DNA of 64,000 nucleotides from an uncultured Alphaproteobacteria bacterium (lineage in GTDB: Bacteria > Pseudomonadota > Alphaproteobacteria > Micavibrionales > CSBR16-224). Every line of letters begins with the position of its first letter. The first letter of the stretch is position 1. This document shows, piece by piece, positions 47,584 through 58,354 of the stretch. The translations under genes were made by a program, and so were the position numbers. The notes under the pieces were generated by a model, which was given only the letters and a program-made list of their open reading frames with translations, did no database searches and was not told where the DNA came from. The DNA lies in NCBI GenBank assembly GCA_950054485.1, contig CATLPD010000002.1, positions 248,644-312,643 of the forward strand. The letters are read 5' to 3'.

Positions 47584-47649
47584 CTTAATCAGCTTTATTT
47601 AAATTGAATAATATTGCCGGAACCGGCACTTCAAGACATTTTCAGAATA

Positions 47650-48972
47650 TCAAATACGCTTTATACGTGCAATGAAAAATCCGTCCATCCCGCCTTTTTT
47701 CTCGGCATGGAAGGGCATCAGGCGTATAAACCCCTCAGGGCTGAGCACATCTTCAGGCAAATTCAGCTCATCTGAAGTGTAAACGGAAAGCTCAAAGTTA
47801 CTGTTTTTAGATAGAAAATCTTTCACAACCTCTTCACTCTCTGATTTTTGCAAGGAACAGGTGCAATAAATCAGCTCGCCACCTTTTTTCACGAATTTGG
47901 CGGACCGCTGCAGAATCGCTTTCTGTGTTTCGATCAATTTATCGATATCTCTTTGTGATTTCAGGTGCATCACATCAGGCTGATGCCTGATGGTACCGGT
48001 CGCGCTGCAGGGCGCATCAATCAAGACCGCATCGACAGGACGTTTGGGCATCCAGACTTTCGCGTCCGCTGCCTCGACCTCGGCCGAAAGATTGCAGCGC
48101 TTCAGATTTTCCTCAAGGCGCTGCAGCCTGTTTTTTGAAATATCAACAGCTGTGACCTTTGCGCCTGCTGCGGCCAATTGCAGCGTTTTACCGCCGGGGG
48201 CCGCGCACAAATCGACAATATTTGCGCACTCCTCGACTTTCATCAATTGAACAGGCAGTGCGGCGCTGGCATTTTGAACCCACCATTCCCCATCTGCATA
48301 ACCTTCCAGATCGGGAATACGGCCACTTTTTTGAAGGCGAACCGAACCATTGTGTAAAACTTCTCCACCCAGTTTTTCGGCCCAGCCAGTAGGGTCGCTC
48401 TTCACTGTGATATCAACAGGCGATGGAATCATATGCGCCTCGGCAATTTTCAGTGCTTGATCTTCGCCGTAATCCTGAACCCATGTTTTAAACAGCCATT
48501 CCGGCGTGTTTAATATGGCCTCTTTACCTTTTTGCGCAGTCATTAATTCTTCATGTTTTCGGGTCAAATTGCGCAGAACGCCGTTTAAAAATCCTTTTTC
48601 ACGGTCATATCCCATTTCACCCGCCAGACGCATGACCGTATCAACGGCGGCATGGTCTTTGACATCCATAAAGAGAATCTGCACTGCGCCAACGCGCAAT
48701 AACGTTACAAGTTGTTGAGGCACAATTTCCGACAATGGACGATTAGCAAGTGTTTTTAAAATGTCATCAATCTGCCCAAGGCGGCGAAGGCATTGCATTG
48801 TGCCCTCACGCGCGAAACCAATATCGCGCCCATCCATCGGGCCAAAACCGCGCAAAGATGCATCAAAGGCAACATCAAAATTTTGACGTTTATATAGAAT
48901 AGCATCCAGAGTTTCGTAGATGCATAGACGTGACTGTAGGTCGCCAGAAATTTTCTTCTTATTTATTTTCAA
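47650..48972 (-). CDS. rsmB: 16S rRNA m5C967 methyltransferase RsmB (Sun)
   Basis: 440 aa with a NusB-like N terminus, DLCAAPGGKT and DAPCSATGTIRHQPD. Confidence 0.85.
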   Translation of the reverse strand: MKINKKKISGDLQSRLCIYETLDAILYKRQNFDVAFDASLRGFGPMDGRDIGFAREGTMQCLRRLGQIDDILKTLANRPLSEIVPQQLVTLLRVGAVQILFMDVKDHAAVDTVMRLAGEMGYDREKGFLNGVLRNLTRKHEELMTAQKGKEAILNTPEWLFKTWVQDYGEDQALKIAEAHMIPSPVDITVKSDPTGWAEKLGGEVLHNGSVRLQKSGRIPDLEGYADGEWWVQNASAALPVQLMKVEECANIVDLCAAPGGKTLQLAAAGAKVTAVDISKNRLQRLEENLKRCNLSAEVEAADAKVWMPKRPVDAVLIDAPCSATGTIRHQPDVMHLKSQRDIDKLIETQKAILQRSAKFVKKGGELIYCTCSLQKSESEEVVKDFLSKNSNFELSVYTSDELNLPEDVLSPEGFIRLMPFHAEKKGGMDGFFIARIKRI

Positions 48973-49259
48973 CTGTCTATAACCGTATCTTCATATTCGC
49001 ATGCGCGTTTTATAATCGCGCGATACAAGGTTTCCATCAGGTCAGGGTCTACATCATGCTCGGCGCCCAAACGGCGCGCATTTTGAACAACTTGTTCAAC
49101 GCGGTCGGGCAAGACTGACGGAATGCCCATTTCTTTTTTGTGTTTGGCAACATGCGCAACAATGCCATAGCGTTGGCCCAACAGCTTTGCAATTTCAATA
49201 TCTATAGAATCGATTTGCTGTCGATAATGTTTCATTTCTTCTGTCGGGGCTTTCACCAT
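48969..49259 (-). CDS. Chorismate mutase (AroQ type)
   Basis: 96 aa. The pattern YRQQIDSIDIEIAKLLGQRYGIVAHVAKHKKEMGIPSVLPDRVEQVV is typical. It overlaps rsmB by 4 nt. Confidence 0.8.
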   Translation of the reverse strand: MVKAPTEEMKHYRQQIDSIDIEIAKLLGQRYGIVAHVAKHKKEMGIPSVLPDRVEQVVQNARRLGAEHDVDPDLMETLYRAIIKRACEYEDTVIDS

Positions 49260-49344
49260 ATTAATCCGCCTTAAAAATTTTCCTTGTTTTTTTATAGGGG
49301 CAAGATAGTTTTATTTCAACGCCTAAACAACGATCAGGAATAAC

Positions 49345-50670
49345 ATGTTATCACGTCTTTGCCTTATTCTGGCTTTTATTTTCCTGCCTTTTATGGCGGA
49401 TGCAGAAGTTTTTAATCCGAAAACCATGACTTTGCCGAACGGTATGCGTGTCGTTGTCATCGAAAATCACCGCGCACCGGCGGTGGCCCATATGGTCTGG
49501 TATGACGTTGGCGCGGCAAATGAAGAAGCTGGAAAGTCGGGTCTTGCACATTTTTTCGAGCATTTGATGTTCAAAGGAACAGACAAAACACCCGCAGGCG
49601 AATTCTCAAAGATGGTCAAGCGCCTCGGTGGCAATGATAATGCCTTTACATCGCAGGATTATACAGCCTATTTCCAGCAAGTTCCAAAACAGCACCTTGA
49701 AACCGTGATGATGATGGAAGCCGACCGTATGGTAAATCTGAACACCAGTGATGAGAATATTCTAACCGAACGCGACGTGATCATCGAGGAACGCAAAGAA
49801 CGCACAGACAACAACCCTGCATCGATATTGCGCGAAGAAGTCAACAGCGCTCTGTTTGCTAATCACCCATATGGCGTACCCGTGATTGGCTGGATGAATG
49901 AAATTGAAAACCTGTCACCACAAGATACCCGTGAATTTTATAAGCGCTGGTATGCTCCGAATAACGCAATCCTGATTGTATCGGGCGATATTACGATGAA
50001 TGAATTAAAGCCATTAGCTGAAAAATATTACGGCGTTCTGGAACCTGTGGCATTGCCGAAAATATCATATCCTGAGCCCGCACCGATAAAAACAGATCAT
50101 CGTATCTTTCTGACTGATCCGCGGGTTGGTACACCGACATTGCAATATAACTACCGCGCGCCGAAAAACAGCGAGGCTTTACAGGTCTGGGCCGAGGCCT
50201 TTGGCGGCCATACGACATCGCCCCTGTATAAAGAATTGGTTGTCGATCAAAAGCAAGCCGTTCAGGCGGGCGTTTATTATAATTCAGTATCGGAAAGTCA
50301 CAGCGCTTTGACGTTCTATATTGTGCCCGCGCCTGGCGTTGAAATCGGTGATGCTGAAAAAGCATTTGAAGTCATTTTGAAAAAATATATTGAAACGCCG
50401 CTGCCTGCAGAAGATATATCGCGTGCAAAACAGCGTTTGATGGATGCCGCCATCTTTGAACGGGATAGTTTGATGGGGCCCGCGATGATTATCGGACGCG
50501 CCCTGACATCAGGTTATACGATAGACGACGTTGAAAACTGGCCTGATGATGTCGCTGCAATCACGGTCGAACAGGCGCACGATGCAGCCGTTTCGATTAT
50601 GAATGGCTATGACAAGCCTGTTATCTCATACCTTTTACCGCCCGAACCTGAAGCCGAGGGAGAAGAATAA
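49345..50670 (+). CDS. M16 (pitrilysin) family zinc peptidase, active subunit
   Basis: 441 aa with a signal peptide and inverted zinc motif HFFEHLMFKG. Confidence 0.85.
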   Translation: MLSRLCLILAFIFLPFMADAEVFNPKTMTLPNGMRVVVIENHRAPAVAHMVWYDVGAANEEAGKSGLAHFFEHLMFKGTDKTPAGEFSKMVKRLGGNDNAFTSQDYTAYFQQVPKQHLETVMMMEADRMVNLNTSDENILTERDVIIEERKERTDNNPASILREEVNSALFANHPYGVPVIGWMNEIENLSPQDTREFYKRWYAPNNAILIVSGDITMNELKPLAEKYYGVLEPVALPKISYPEPAPIKTDHRIFLTDPRVGTPTLQYNYRAPKNSEALQVWAEAFGGHTTSPLYKELVVDQKQAVQAGVYYNSVSESHSALTFYIVPAPGVEIGDAEKAFEVILKKYIETPLPAEDISRAKQRLMDAAIFERDSLMGPAMIIGRALTSGYTIDDVENWPDDVAAITVEQAHDAAVSIMNGYDKPVISYLLPPEPEAEGEE

Positions 50671-52031
50671 TGAGCAAGAATCTATGCTCCATTCTAATTG
50701 CCTTTGCTTTTATCTTCTTTTCACTGCCGGCCCAAGCTGAAAAGGTCTTGGATGTTCAGGAGCTTGAGACAGAAAGCGGCATTAAATTATGGCTGGTCGA
50801 AGACCATAACGTGCCTGTTATATCAATGAATTTTTCATTTCCTGGTGGCCTTGCGATGGATCCCGAAGGTAAAACGGGTCTGGCGTATATGCTTTCAATA
50901 ATGCTGGATGAAGGCGCTGGTGATCTTGACAGTCAGGCTTTTCAAAAAGAATTGGCCGATAATTCTATATCAATGGGCTTTTCAGCTGGACGCGACCATT
51001 TCACAGGCGGCATCAAAACATTGACCCGTAATCAAGATAAAGCCGCAGAACTTTTAGGGCTTGCATTAAGCCAGCCCCGGTTCGATCAGGATGCTTTTGA
51101 TCGTATGCAAAGCTCGACCGAGGCAACAATCAGACAGAACCTTACCAGTCCAAACTGGATTGCTGCACGCAGTTTCAATGGTTTGATGTTTGAAGGTGAC
51201 CCCTATGCCCTTCCCGGCCAAGGTACATTACAAACTCTTGCAAATATGACGCCTGATGATTTGCGCGCATTTGCAAAGGATCAATTTGTTAAAGATGGTC
51301 TGAAGATTGCGATCGCCGGCGATATCACGGCCGAGAGCGCAAAGGTTTTTGTTGAGCGTATTTTTAGCCCCTTAGCAGATGCATCAGATATTAAAACACC
51401 AGAAAAGGATGCTGAATTCAAAAATCAGGGGCAGAGCTTTCTGTATGAATTTGATAACCCGCAAACGCATATTATCGTCGGGCACAAGGGCATTCCCGTG
51501 CAAGATGAAGACTGGCCGGCTGCGCAGATTATAAATTACGCGCTTGGCGGCGGCGGTTTTGATTCCAGATTGATGGAAGAAATTCGTGAAAAGAAGGGCC
51601 TGACGTATGGCGTATCATCATATATGTCAGATATGGCGCGTGCGCCCTCTATTCAGGCTTCATTGTCTGCATCTAATGACAACGCCGCCGAGGCTATAGC
51701 TTTGCTCGAAAAAGAATGGCAGCGCATGGCAACAACAGGTCCGACCGAGGCTGAAATCAAAAACGCACAGGATTATCTGACCGGATCATTGGTTCTGGCG
51801 CTGACATCAACAGATGCGATTTCAGGTGCTTTGAACGGTTTACAGCAAAATGGTTTTGATGCCGACTATATTAACCGCCGCAATGATCGTCTGCGCAACG
51901 TATCGGCTGATCAGGCCCGCGTTGTTGCAGGGCGCCTTTTGGACCCTGAACGATTGATGATTATTACAGTTGGTAATCCTACAGGTTTTCAACCTGATCA
52001 GAAACTTGAAACCATACCCGGAATTGAATGA
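50670..52031 (+). CDS. M16 family peptidase-like protein, non-catalytic partner
   Basis: 453 aa with a signal peptide. It is colinear with M16 but has no HxxEH (LAYMLSIMLDEG). It overlaps the upstream gene by 1 nt. Confidence 0.8.
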   Translation: MSKNLCSILIAFAFIFFSLPAQAEKVLDVQELETESGIKLWLVEDHNVPVISMNFSFPGGLAMDPEGKTGLAYMLSIMLDEGAGDLDSQAFQKELADNSISMGFSAGRDHFTGGIKTLTRNQDKAAELLGLALSQPRFDQDAFDRMQSSTEATIRQNLTSPNWIAARSFNGLMFEGDPYALPGQGTLQTLANMTPDDLRAFAKDQFVKDGLKIAIAGDITAESAKVFVERIFSPLADASDIKTPEKDAEFKNQGQSFLYEFDNPQTHIIVGHKGIPVQDEDWPAAQIINYALGGGGFDSRLMEEIREKKGLTYGVSSYMSDMARAPSIQASLSASNDNAAEAIALLEKEWQRMATTGPTEAEIKNAQDYLTGSLVLALTSTDAISGALNGLQQNGFDADYINRRNDRLRNVSADQARVVAGRLLDPERLMIITVGNPTGFQPDQKLETIPGIE

Positions 52032-53602
52032 TGAGCGAAAGCTGGAAAACCCTTGAAAACATAAAAGATAATCTATCAAAAAAGACAATAAAACAGCTTT
52101 TTGATGATCAGCCGGATCGCTTTTATAACTTCTCACTGCAGGTCGAAAATATATTCTTCGATTATTCAAAAAACCTGATTGATCAGGAGACGATAAACAT
52201 GTTGTTGTCCTTGCTGAAAGAAAGCGGTTTTGAAAATTGGAGAAACCGCTATTTCATGGGTGAGAAAATCAACAAAACAGATAATCGCGCTGTGTTGCAT
52301 ACAGCGCTGCGGCAATCCAAGCCCCACCCTGTACTAGTTGACGGTAAAGACGTATCACCTGATGTTGCAGCTGTTAAAGATAAAATGCGGCGCTTTTGCA
52401 AAAATGTCCGCGATAAAACATGGCGCGGGCATTCCGGCAAGCCGATTTCCCACATCGTTCATATAGGTATCGGAGGATCGCAATTGGGGCCATCATTGGT
52501 GGTTGATGCTTTGGCAACCTACCACGATCCTGACCTAACATGCGATTTCGTATCAAATATTGATGCCCACGATATTGAACGTATTACAAAACATTATAAC
52601 CCTGAAACGACGCTTTTCCTGATTGCATCCAAAAGCTTTACCACACAAGAAACAATGATGAATGCTCATACCGCACGTAAATGGGTTTTGGATCATTATG
52701 GCGACCCAGATTCAATATCTTCGCATTTTGTTGCTTTATCAACGAACGAGGCTGCCGTTTCCGAATTCGGCATTGATCCCGAAAACATGTTTGAATTTTG
52801 GGACTGGGTTGGCGGCAGATACAGTCTGTGGTCATCGATCGGGCTGGTTATTCCGCTTATGATTGGAATGGACCGTTTCGAAGACCTGCTGGATGGCGCA
52901 GGCGCGATGGATGATCATTTCCGTACTGCCCCACCCGAGACAAATCTGCCTGTATTGCTGGGATTAACCGGCATTTGGAACCGTAACTTTCTGAATTATC
53001 CGGCCTATACTGTCGTTCCCTATGATCAACGTTTATCAAAACTGCCCCTATGGCTGCAACAGGTCGATATGGAGAGTAACGGTAAAACCGTGACCCGCGA
53101 TGGCATGCCTGTAGATATGCAAACCGGTCCGATGATTATGGGCGGTGCGGGAACAGATGTTCAGCACTCCTACTTCCAATGGATGCATCAGGGTACGGCC
53201 CCGACCCCGTCGGATTTTATTATCTGTGCGGCGCCGGACCATGATTATCCGGAGCATCACAAAAAACTGGTCACACATTTTCTGGCGCAACAGCAGGCGC
53301 TGATGGAGGGAATCGAAAACAAAGCTGAACCGCACCGTTCGTTTCCGGGTAACCGCCCCAGTAATGCTTTTATCCTTGATCGACTGACACCCTATACGTT
53401 GGGGCAGTTATTGGCAGCTTATGAACATAAGATTTTTGTCCAAGGCATCATTTGGAATATTAACAGCTTTGATCAATATGGTGTAGAACTTGGCAAAACA
53501 ATGGCAAAAGATCTGCAAGATCATTGGGATGATCCCCAAGAAACTAATGATTCTTCAACTTTGGGGCAATTAAATCATATCAAAGGCAATTTTTCAGTCT
53601 GA
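52028..53602 (+). CDS. pgi: Glucose-6-phosphate isomerase
   Basis: 524 aa with IGIGGSQLGP, ASKSFTTQET and VELGK motifs. Confidence 0.93.
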   Translation: MMSESWKTLENIKDNLSKKTIKQLFDDQPDRFYNFSLQVENIFFDYSKNLIDQETINMLLSLLKESGFENWRNRYFMGEKINKTDNRAVLHTALRQSKPHPVLVDGKDVSPDVAAVKDKMRRFCKNVRDKTWRGHSGKPISHIVHIGIGGSQLGPSLVVDALATYHDPDLTCDFVSNIDAHDIERITKHYNPETTLFLIASKSFTTQETMMNAHTARKWVLDHYGDPDSISSHFVALSTNEAAVSEFGIDPENMFEFWDWVGGRYSLWSSIGLVIPLMIGMDRFEDLLDGAGAMDDHFRTAPPETNLPVLLGLTGIWNRNFLNYPAYTVVPYDQRLSKLPLWLQQVDMESNGKTVTRDGMPVDMQTGPMIMGGAGTDVQHSYFQWMHQGTAPTPSDFIICAAPDHDYPEHHKKLVTHFLAQQQALMEGIENKAEPHRSFPGNRPSNAFILDRLTPYTLGQLLAAYEHKIFVQGIIWNINSFDQYGVELGKTMAKDLQDHWDDPQETNDSSTLGQLNHIKGNFSV

Positions 53603-53691
53603 TCAAGTGAACTTTTTCTGAACCTTGGTGTATGTAGGTTGAAGCCTTATTGGAGAAAAAGGCATACAACTTAAAATCATAGGAGCTGGAA

Positions 53692-53910
53692 ATGGCGACA
53701 ACAACTAAAGAAGCAGGTATGACAACAGGTGGATTGATCCTTCTGATTGTGATCGTTGCAGTATTGGCTATCATGGGCTGGTCTTACGCCCAGGATGGTG
53801 ATTTTAACCCGTTTGATAACCGTGAAGTTGCATCTGCACAATTCGGTGATACTGAAATCAGCATCACAGATGAAGGCAATGGTTCAATGTCTATGGATGT
53901 TGATAACTAA
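53692..53910 (+). CDS. Small single-pass membrane protein, unknown function
   Basis: 72 aa with a GGAG RBS, TM helix GGLILLIVIVAVLAIMGW and an acidic C-terminal half. A strong terminator follows. Confidence 0.5.
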   Translation: MATTTKEAGMTTGGLILLIVIVAVLAIMGWSYAQDGDFNPFDNREVASAQFGDTEISITDEGNGSMSMDVDN

Positions 53911-53931
53911 ACTTTCTAACAACTTGATTCA

Positions 53932-53958
53932 AAGCCCGCCGTGTTGCGGGCTTTTTTC
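53932..53958 (+). terminator. Rho-independent terminator
   Basis: AGCCCGC-CGUGUU-GCGGGCU followed by a U6 run. Confidence 0.7.
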
Positions 53959-53992
53959 ATTTATTTTTAACTATACTATGTAAAAATTATGT

Positions 53993-54472
53993 ATGTCAGA
54001 AAATGAAAATAAAATTCACGTCTATGAAGAGATAATCGGGCCAGATGCAGTGGCCTTCTATCATGCACTTAATCGCGACCCTGAAAATGTCGAATTACAA
54101 GTCGCGCGCGTATGGAACGACGATAAGGGTATCGGCATTGAAATCCTAACAAATAACTCGACGGTCTCGCTTAATTTAACGGACCATGGGACCTATTATA
54201 CTGAGACTTTCGCCAAAAGTGGTATTCAGGATATTTATTATCTTCAGGATGAAATGACCCTGCATAAAATCAGTTATGATCCGGCAACACAGGAAGAAAC
54301 AATGCAAACGCCAGGCAATGCCGATAGATATTTTGCCTTAATTGAATTTACAAAGGAAATTGCCGAGCGTGGATATCAGGCCGCGAGCCCCTATCTGAAT
54401 GAAGGGCAGCATCAAAGCATTGATCAAGTCAGTAAAGCCATCAAAAAATCATTTCCAAACGGGATGAATTAG
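53993..54472 (+). CDS. Hypothetical protein
   Basis: 159-aa ORF with no recognisable motif and no obvious SD. Confidence 0.4.
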   Translation: MSENENKIHVYEEIIGPDAVAFYHALNRDPENVELQVARVWNDDKGIGIEILTNNSTVSLNLTDHGTYYTETFAKSGIQDIYYLQDEMTLHKISYDPATQEETMQTPGNADRYFALIEFTKEIAERGYQAASPYLNEGQHQSIDQVSKAIKKSFPNGMN

Positions 54473-54517
54473 AAAAAAATTGAATATCAATTTTGACAAT
54501 ATATAGGGAGTTAAGTT

Positions 54518-54958
54518 ATGAGTACTGATTTTCAAGAAACTTTCATCGTTCTCGCAAATGTTTACAATGTTGCTTCGCGTAAAATAAGCCAAGAGAAAAT
54601 CAATATTAGCAAAATCTATGAAGTAAAAGATGGCGCCACCTATTTCGACACACAAGATTATGCTGCAAAAAATGATTACGATGACATTACGTTGGTAAGA
54701 ATGGAAAATCCTCCTTTGGGACCTAACTCGGCAATGAGTGGAGAAGAAGATGGCCCACGCGGAAAGATTGTGTTTTTTAAAATGTCCGAAGAAGATGCGA
54801 AAAAAAGTCTACTTTCAGGCCAAAAAGATTTAACAGCATTTTCACTTTCTCATGACGAGCTTTCAGCCATAAAAAGTAAACGTGATGAGGCGCGAGAAGT
54901 TAGAATTAACTCTATAGAGTCTTGGCCAAATCGTATGCTGGCGCGATTAACAACCTAA
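54518..54958 (+). CDS. Hypothetical protein
   Basis: 146-aa ORF with a GGGAG RBS and no recognisable motif. Confidence 0.45.
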   Translation: MSTDFQETFIVLANVYNVASRKISQEKINISKIYEVKDGATYFDTQDYAAKNDYDDITLVRMENPPLGPNSAMSGEEDGPRGKIVFFKMSEEDAKKSLLSGQKDLTAFSLSHDELSAIKSKRDEAREVRINSIESWPNRMLARLTT

Positions 54959-54963
54959 GTGTC

Positions 54964-56769
54964 TTAATCATCACCCATTTTAAGGGCGGCAATAAAGGCG
55001 GTCTGTGGAATTTCCACATTACCGTACTGGCGCATTTTCTTTTTACCTTTTTTCTGCTTTTCCAGCAGCTTGCGTTTACGTGATACGTCACCGCCATAAC
55101 ATTTGGCCGTCACGTCTTTGCGCATAGCAGAAAGGGTTTCACGCGCAATGACCTTGCCGCCAATTGCAGCCTGAATAGCAATCTTGAACATTTGACGCGG
55201 TATCAGGTCTTTGAGACGCTCGCACATCCCCCGCCCGCGGCGCTCGGCCTGTGAACGATGCACGATCATAGCCAGTGCATCAACGGGCTCGCCATTGACC
55301 AAAATAGACATTTTCACCAGATCATCTTCTTTGTATTCGGAAAATTCGTAATCAAAACTGGCATACCCACGGCTGATTGATTTCAGGCGATCGTAAAAAT
55401 CAAAGACAACTTCGTTAAGTGGTAATTGATAAACCAACATCGCACGATTACCGACATAGGTCAGGTTTTGCTGTATGCCTCGGCGCTCCTCGCACAATCC
55501 CAGCAGTCCGCCCAGATATTCATCGGGTACCAGAATGGTTGCTTTAATCCAGGGCTCTTCAATATGGTCGATATATACGGGGTCCGGCATGTCGGCCGGA
55601 TTATAAAGCTCTATTCTTGATCCATCATTGTGATAAACATGATAGACAACGGATGGGGCCGTCGGGATCAAATCCAGATCGAATTCACGTGAAAGGCGCT
55701 CCTGAATGATCTCCATATGCAACAAACCAAGGAAACCACAGCGGAAACCAAGACCCAACGCCATTGAGTTTTCAGGCTCGTAATGAAGGCTGGCATCATT
55801 CAGGGCAAGCTTTCCCAAGCTATCACGAAGCTTATCGTAATCATTGGCATCAGCCGGAAACAGTGAACAGAAAACCATTGGAACAGACGGTTTAAACCCT
55901 TTTAAAGATGCTGAACACTGATTGCGTTCGTGAGTAATCGTATCCCCAATATTGGTTTCGGAAATATCCTTAATTCCACAGGTCAGATATCCCATCTCTC
56001 CTGCCTTCAGGGTCTTTGAGCGCACCAGCTTAGGTGTAAAAACCCCCACCTGCTCCGCATCCTGAATAGCCTTGGCGTTGATAAAACGCAGTTTATCTTT
56101 CTCGCTCATTTGCCCTTCGAAGATACGGGTCAAAATCACAACCCCCAGATAGGAATCGTACCAGCTGTCGACCAAAAGAGCCTTTAATGGGGCATCAAGC
56201 TCACCTTTTGGGGCTGGCAGGCGGGTGACAATCGCCTCCAACAAGTCGCTAATTCCGACACCGGTTTTTGCAGATACTTCGATGGCATCGGATGCATCAA
56301 TGCCAATCACGTCTTCAATTTGTTGTTTAACGCGATCAACATCCGCGGCGGGCAAGTCGATTTTATTTATGACGGGGATAATTTCATGATCGTTATCAAT
56401 TGCCTGATATACGTTGGCAAGTGTCTGCGCCTCGACACCCTGTGTCGCGTCAACGATCAACAGAGATCCTTCACAAGCCGCCAGTGAGCGGGATACTTCG
56501 TATGCAAAATCAACGTGGCCTGGCGTGTCCATCAAATTCAACTGATAAAGGCTGCCATCTTTTGCACTATAGTCTAGGCGAACCGTCTGCGCCTTGATGG
56601 TGATACCGCGCTCGCGCTCCAGCTCCATATTATCAAGGACCTGTTCTTTCATCTCGCGATCGGTCAGGCCCCCGCAGGTTTGAATCAAGCGGTCAGCCAA
56701 GGTTGATTTACCATGGTCGATATGGGCAATAATCGCAAAATTGCGGATGTTTTTTTGATCAGTCATCAA
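54964..56769 (-). CDS. lepA: Elongation factor 4 (LepA)
   Basis: 601 aa with [17 protein letters not shown] and NKID motifs and the LepA C-terminal domain. Confidence 0.97.
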   Translation of the reverse strand: MMTDQKNIRNFAIIAHIDHGKSTLADRLIQTCGGLTDREMKEQVLDNMELERERGITIKAQTVRLDYSAKDGSLYQLNLMDTPGHVDFAYEVSRSLAACEGSLLIVDATQGVEAQTLANVYQAIDNDHEIIPVINKIDLPAADVDRVKQQIEDVIGIDASDAIEVSAKTGVGISDLLEAIVTRLPAPKGELDAPLKALLVDSWYDSYLGVVILTRIFEGQMSEKDKLRFINAKAIQDAEQVGVFTPKLVRSKTLKAGEMGYLTCGIKDISETNIGDTITHERNQCSASLKGFKPSVPMVFCSLFPADANDYDKLRDSLGKLALNDASLHYEPENSMALGLGFRCGFLGLLHMEIIQERLSREFDLDLIPTAPSVVYHVYHNDGSRIELYNPADMPDPVYIDHIEEPWIKATILVPDEYLGGLLGLCEERRGIQQNLTYVGNRAMLVYQLPLNEVVFDFYDRLKSISRGYASFDYEFSEYKEDDLVKMSILVNGEPVDALAMIVHRSQAERRGRGMCERLKDLIPRQMFKIAIQAAIGGKVIARETLSAMRKDVTAKCYGGDVSRKRKLLEKQKKGKKKMRQYGNVEIPQTAFIAALKMGDD

Positions 56770-56826
56770 ATTTCTTTACATTACGTTCAAATCCCGCACA
56801 ATATAAACGTTGTACAAGGGTTTGTC

Positions 56827-57639
56827 ATGCAGGTTTTTTATATTTTTTTAGTTGCGTTCATCTTTTTTTCCGTACCGGCAAAAGCACAGGTTCAGGAACT
56901 TCCTGATATTTTTGCAGGAATATGGGCCGTTCCAGACTGCGCAGAACCCGAAAAATTTGTTTATCATGGCAAAACGCATGTTCTGTATATAACCGAGGAC
57001 AACGCAACGCTGGATACTGCACGTGTGAATAAGGTTAATCCCGATTACTTTGTTATCCAAAATGGCAGCGATATTTATCCTGTGCAAATTCACAATGACG
57101 GCATCATGGAAATCGGAATACTGCCTGAAAAAACGCGTCTAGATGACCGTTTAACCTGGTCGCAGCTTCCAATCGATAAAAGTCGCCAATATCTGCGCTG
57201 TTCTACTGCGCCGCCCCTGCCCCATGATATCGCGCCGAGTGCTATGGCCACACTGGATATGCTGGAGCGTTATTGCCGTTTCGGAACCAAGGACGGGTGC
57301 CTGAAAGAAGCCTTCAAATTTTTTGATATGGATCGATCGGGCAGTGTCAGTCAGGATGAAGCTGTGAAAGCCTCTATTATCGGCATGTATCTGGCGCCGC
57401 TTTTGGATTATCGCCCTTTCGCTACTTATAATATCAAAGAAAACCTGACACCGGCCTATGATCAATCTGTTAATTTCATCACCGGAATTTACAAAGTGAT
57501 GGATGCCAATCTTGATGGTGTTTTAACCTATGATGAAATTGATTATGCCTATCCTGTTTTGCTATCCGAAATACAGGAACAAAACCCTTATCAGGCGATC
57601 ACACGCATAATGTCCATTTATCCAAACCTGTACCAATAA
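56827..57639 (+). CDS. Secreted protein with two canonical EF-hand calcium-binding loops
   Basis: I prefer ATG 56827 (signal peptide [20 protein letters not shown]). The ORF-track start at 56713 would overlap lepA. EF loops are [12 protein letters not shown] and [12 protein letters not shown]. The gene ends 10 nt before chvI. Confidence 0.65.
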   Translation: MQVFYIFLVAFIFFSVPAKAQVQELPDIFAGIWAVPDCAEPEKFVYHGKTHVLYITEDNATLDTARVNKVNPDYFVIQNGSDIYPVQIHNDGIMEIGILPEKTRLDDRLTWSQLPIDKSRQYLRCSTAPPLPHDIAPSAMATLDMLERYCRFGTKDGCLKEAFKFFDMDRSGSVSQDEAVKASIIGMYLAPLLDYRPFATYNIKENLTPAYDQSVNFITGIYKVMDANLDGVLTYDEIDYAYPVLLSEIQEQNPYQAITRIMSIYPNLYQ

Positions 57640-57649
57640 GAGTTATCAA

Positions 57650-58351
57650 ATGTCGAATAAAATTGCCCTTGTAGATGATGATCAGAATATTCTGGCCTCG
57701 GTATCTATTGCGCTAGAGGCTGAAGGCTATAATGTCGACACCTACAACGACGGCGAAGAAGGTTTGAACGGTGTCTTAAATAACCCCGTTGACCTGGTGG
57801 TTCTGGATGTAAAGATGCCGCGAATGGACGGGATCGAAGTCATCAAAAAACTTAAAGAACAGTCTGATATCCCAGTTATTTTTCTAACCTCAAAAGATGA
57901 TGAAATTGACGAAGTTCTTGGGCTTCGCATGGGGGCGGAGGATTATATAACAAAACCTTTTTCGCAACGTCTGTTACTGGAGCGTATTCGCGTTGTATTA
58001 AGGCGTCGGGAATTGCTACAAAAAAAACAGGATACAGACAACACATCAAACCAAATAGAACGCGGCCATCTGCACCTTGATGATGAAAGACATCTGTGTT
58101 CGTGGAAAGGAAATGTTCTGGACCTTACGGTTACCGAGTATCTTTTGATTAAAAGCCTTGCGATGAATCCGGGGCATGTCAAATCACGCGAACAGCTTAT
58201 GGAGTTTGCATATGGCGACAATATATACGTCGATGATCGAACCATTGACAGCCACATCAAGCGTTTAAGAAAAAAGTTTAAAGATTTCGACGATGATTTT
58301 GATCTGATTGAAACGGTCTATGGTATCGGCTATCGCTATACAAACAAGTAA
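57650..58351 (+). CDS. chvI: OmpR-family response regulator ChvI
   Basis: 233 aa with a receiver ([18 protein letters not shown]) and winged helix ([17 protein letters not shown]). It is followed by chvG. Confidence 0.85.
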   Translation: MSNKIALVDDDQNILASVSIALEAEGYNVDTYNDGEEGLNGVLNNPVDLVVLDVKMPRMDGIEVIKKLKEQSDIPVIFLTSKDDEIDEVLGLRMGAEDYITKPFSQRLLLERIRVVLRRRELLQKKQDTDNTSNQIERGHLHLDDERHLCSWKGNVLDLTVTEYLLIKSLAMNPGHVKSREQLMEFAYGDNIYVDDRTIDSHIKRLRKKFKDFDDDFDLIETVYGIGYRYTNK

Positions 58352-58354
58352 CCC

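Noticed and set aside
47615-47628. Palindrome TGCCGGAACCGGCA between rsmB and rpe as a terminator
   Set aside because: It offers only a 5-bp stem with a tetraloop and a poor U-tract. It is too weak to call.
50670-52031. M16 peptidase homolog lacking the HxxEH zinc motif
   Set aside because: Paired active and inactive M16 subunits are the usual arrangement.
56713-56826. N-terminal extension of the EF-hand ORF (ORF-track start 56713)
   Set aside because: It would overlap the lepA 5' end by 57 nt. The Met at 56827 starts a canonical signal peptide. Similar long-start artefacts were trimmed at 21591, 44500, 31785, 8432, 40939 and 38360.
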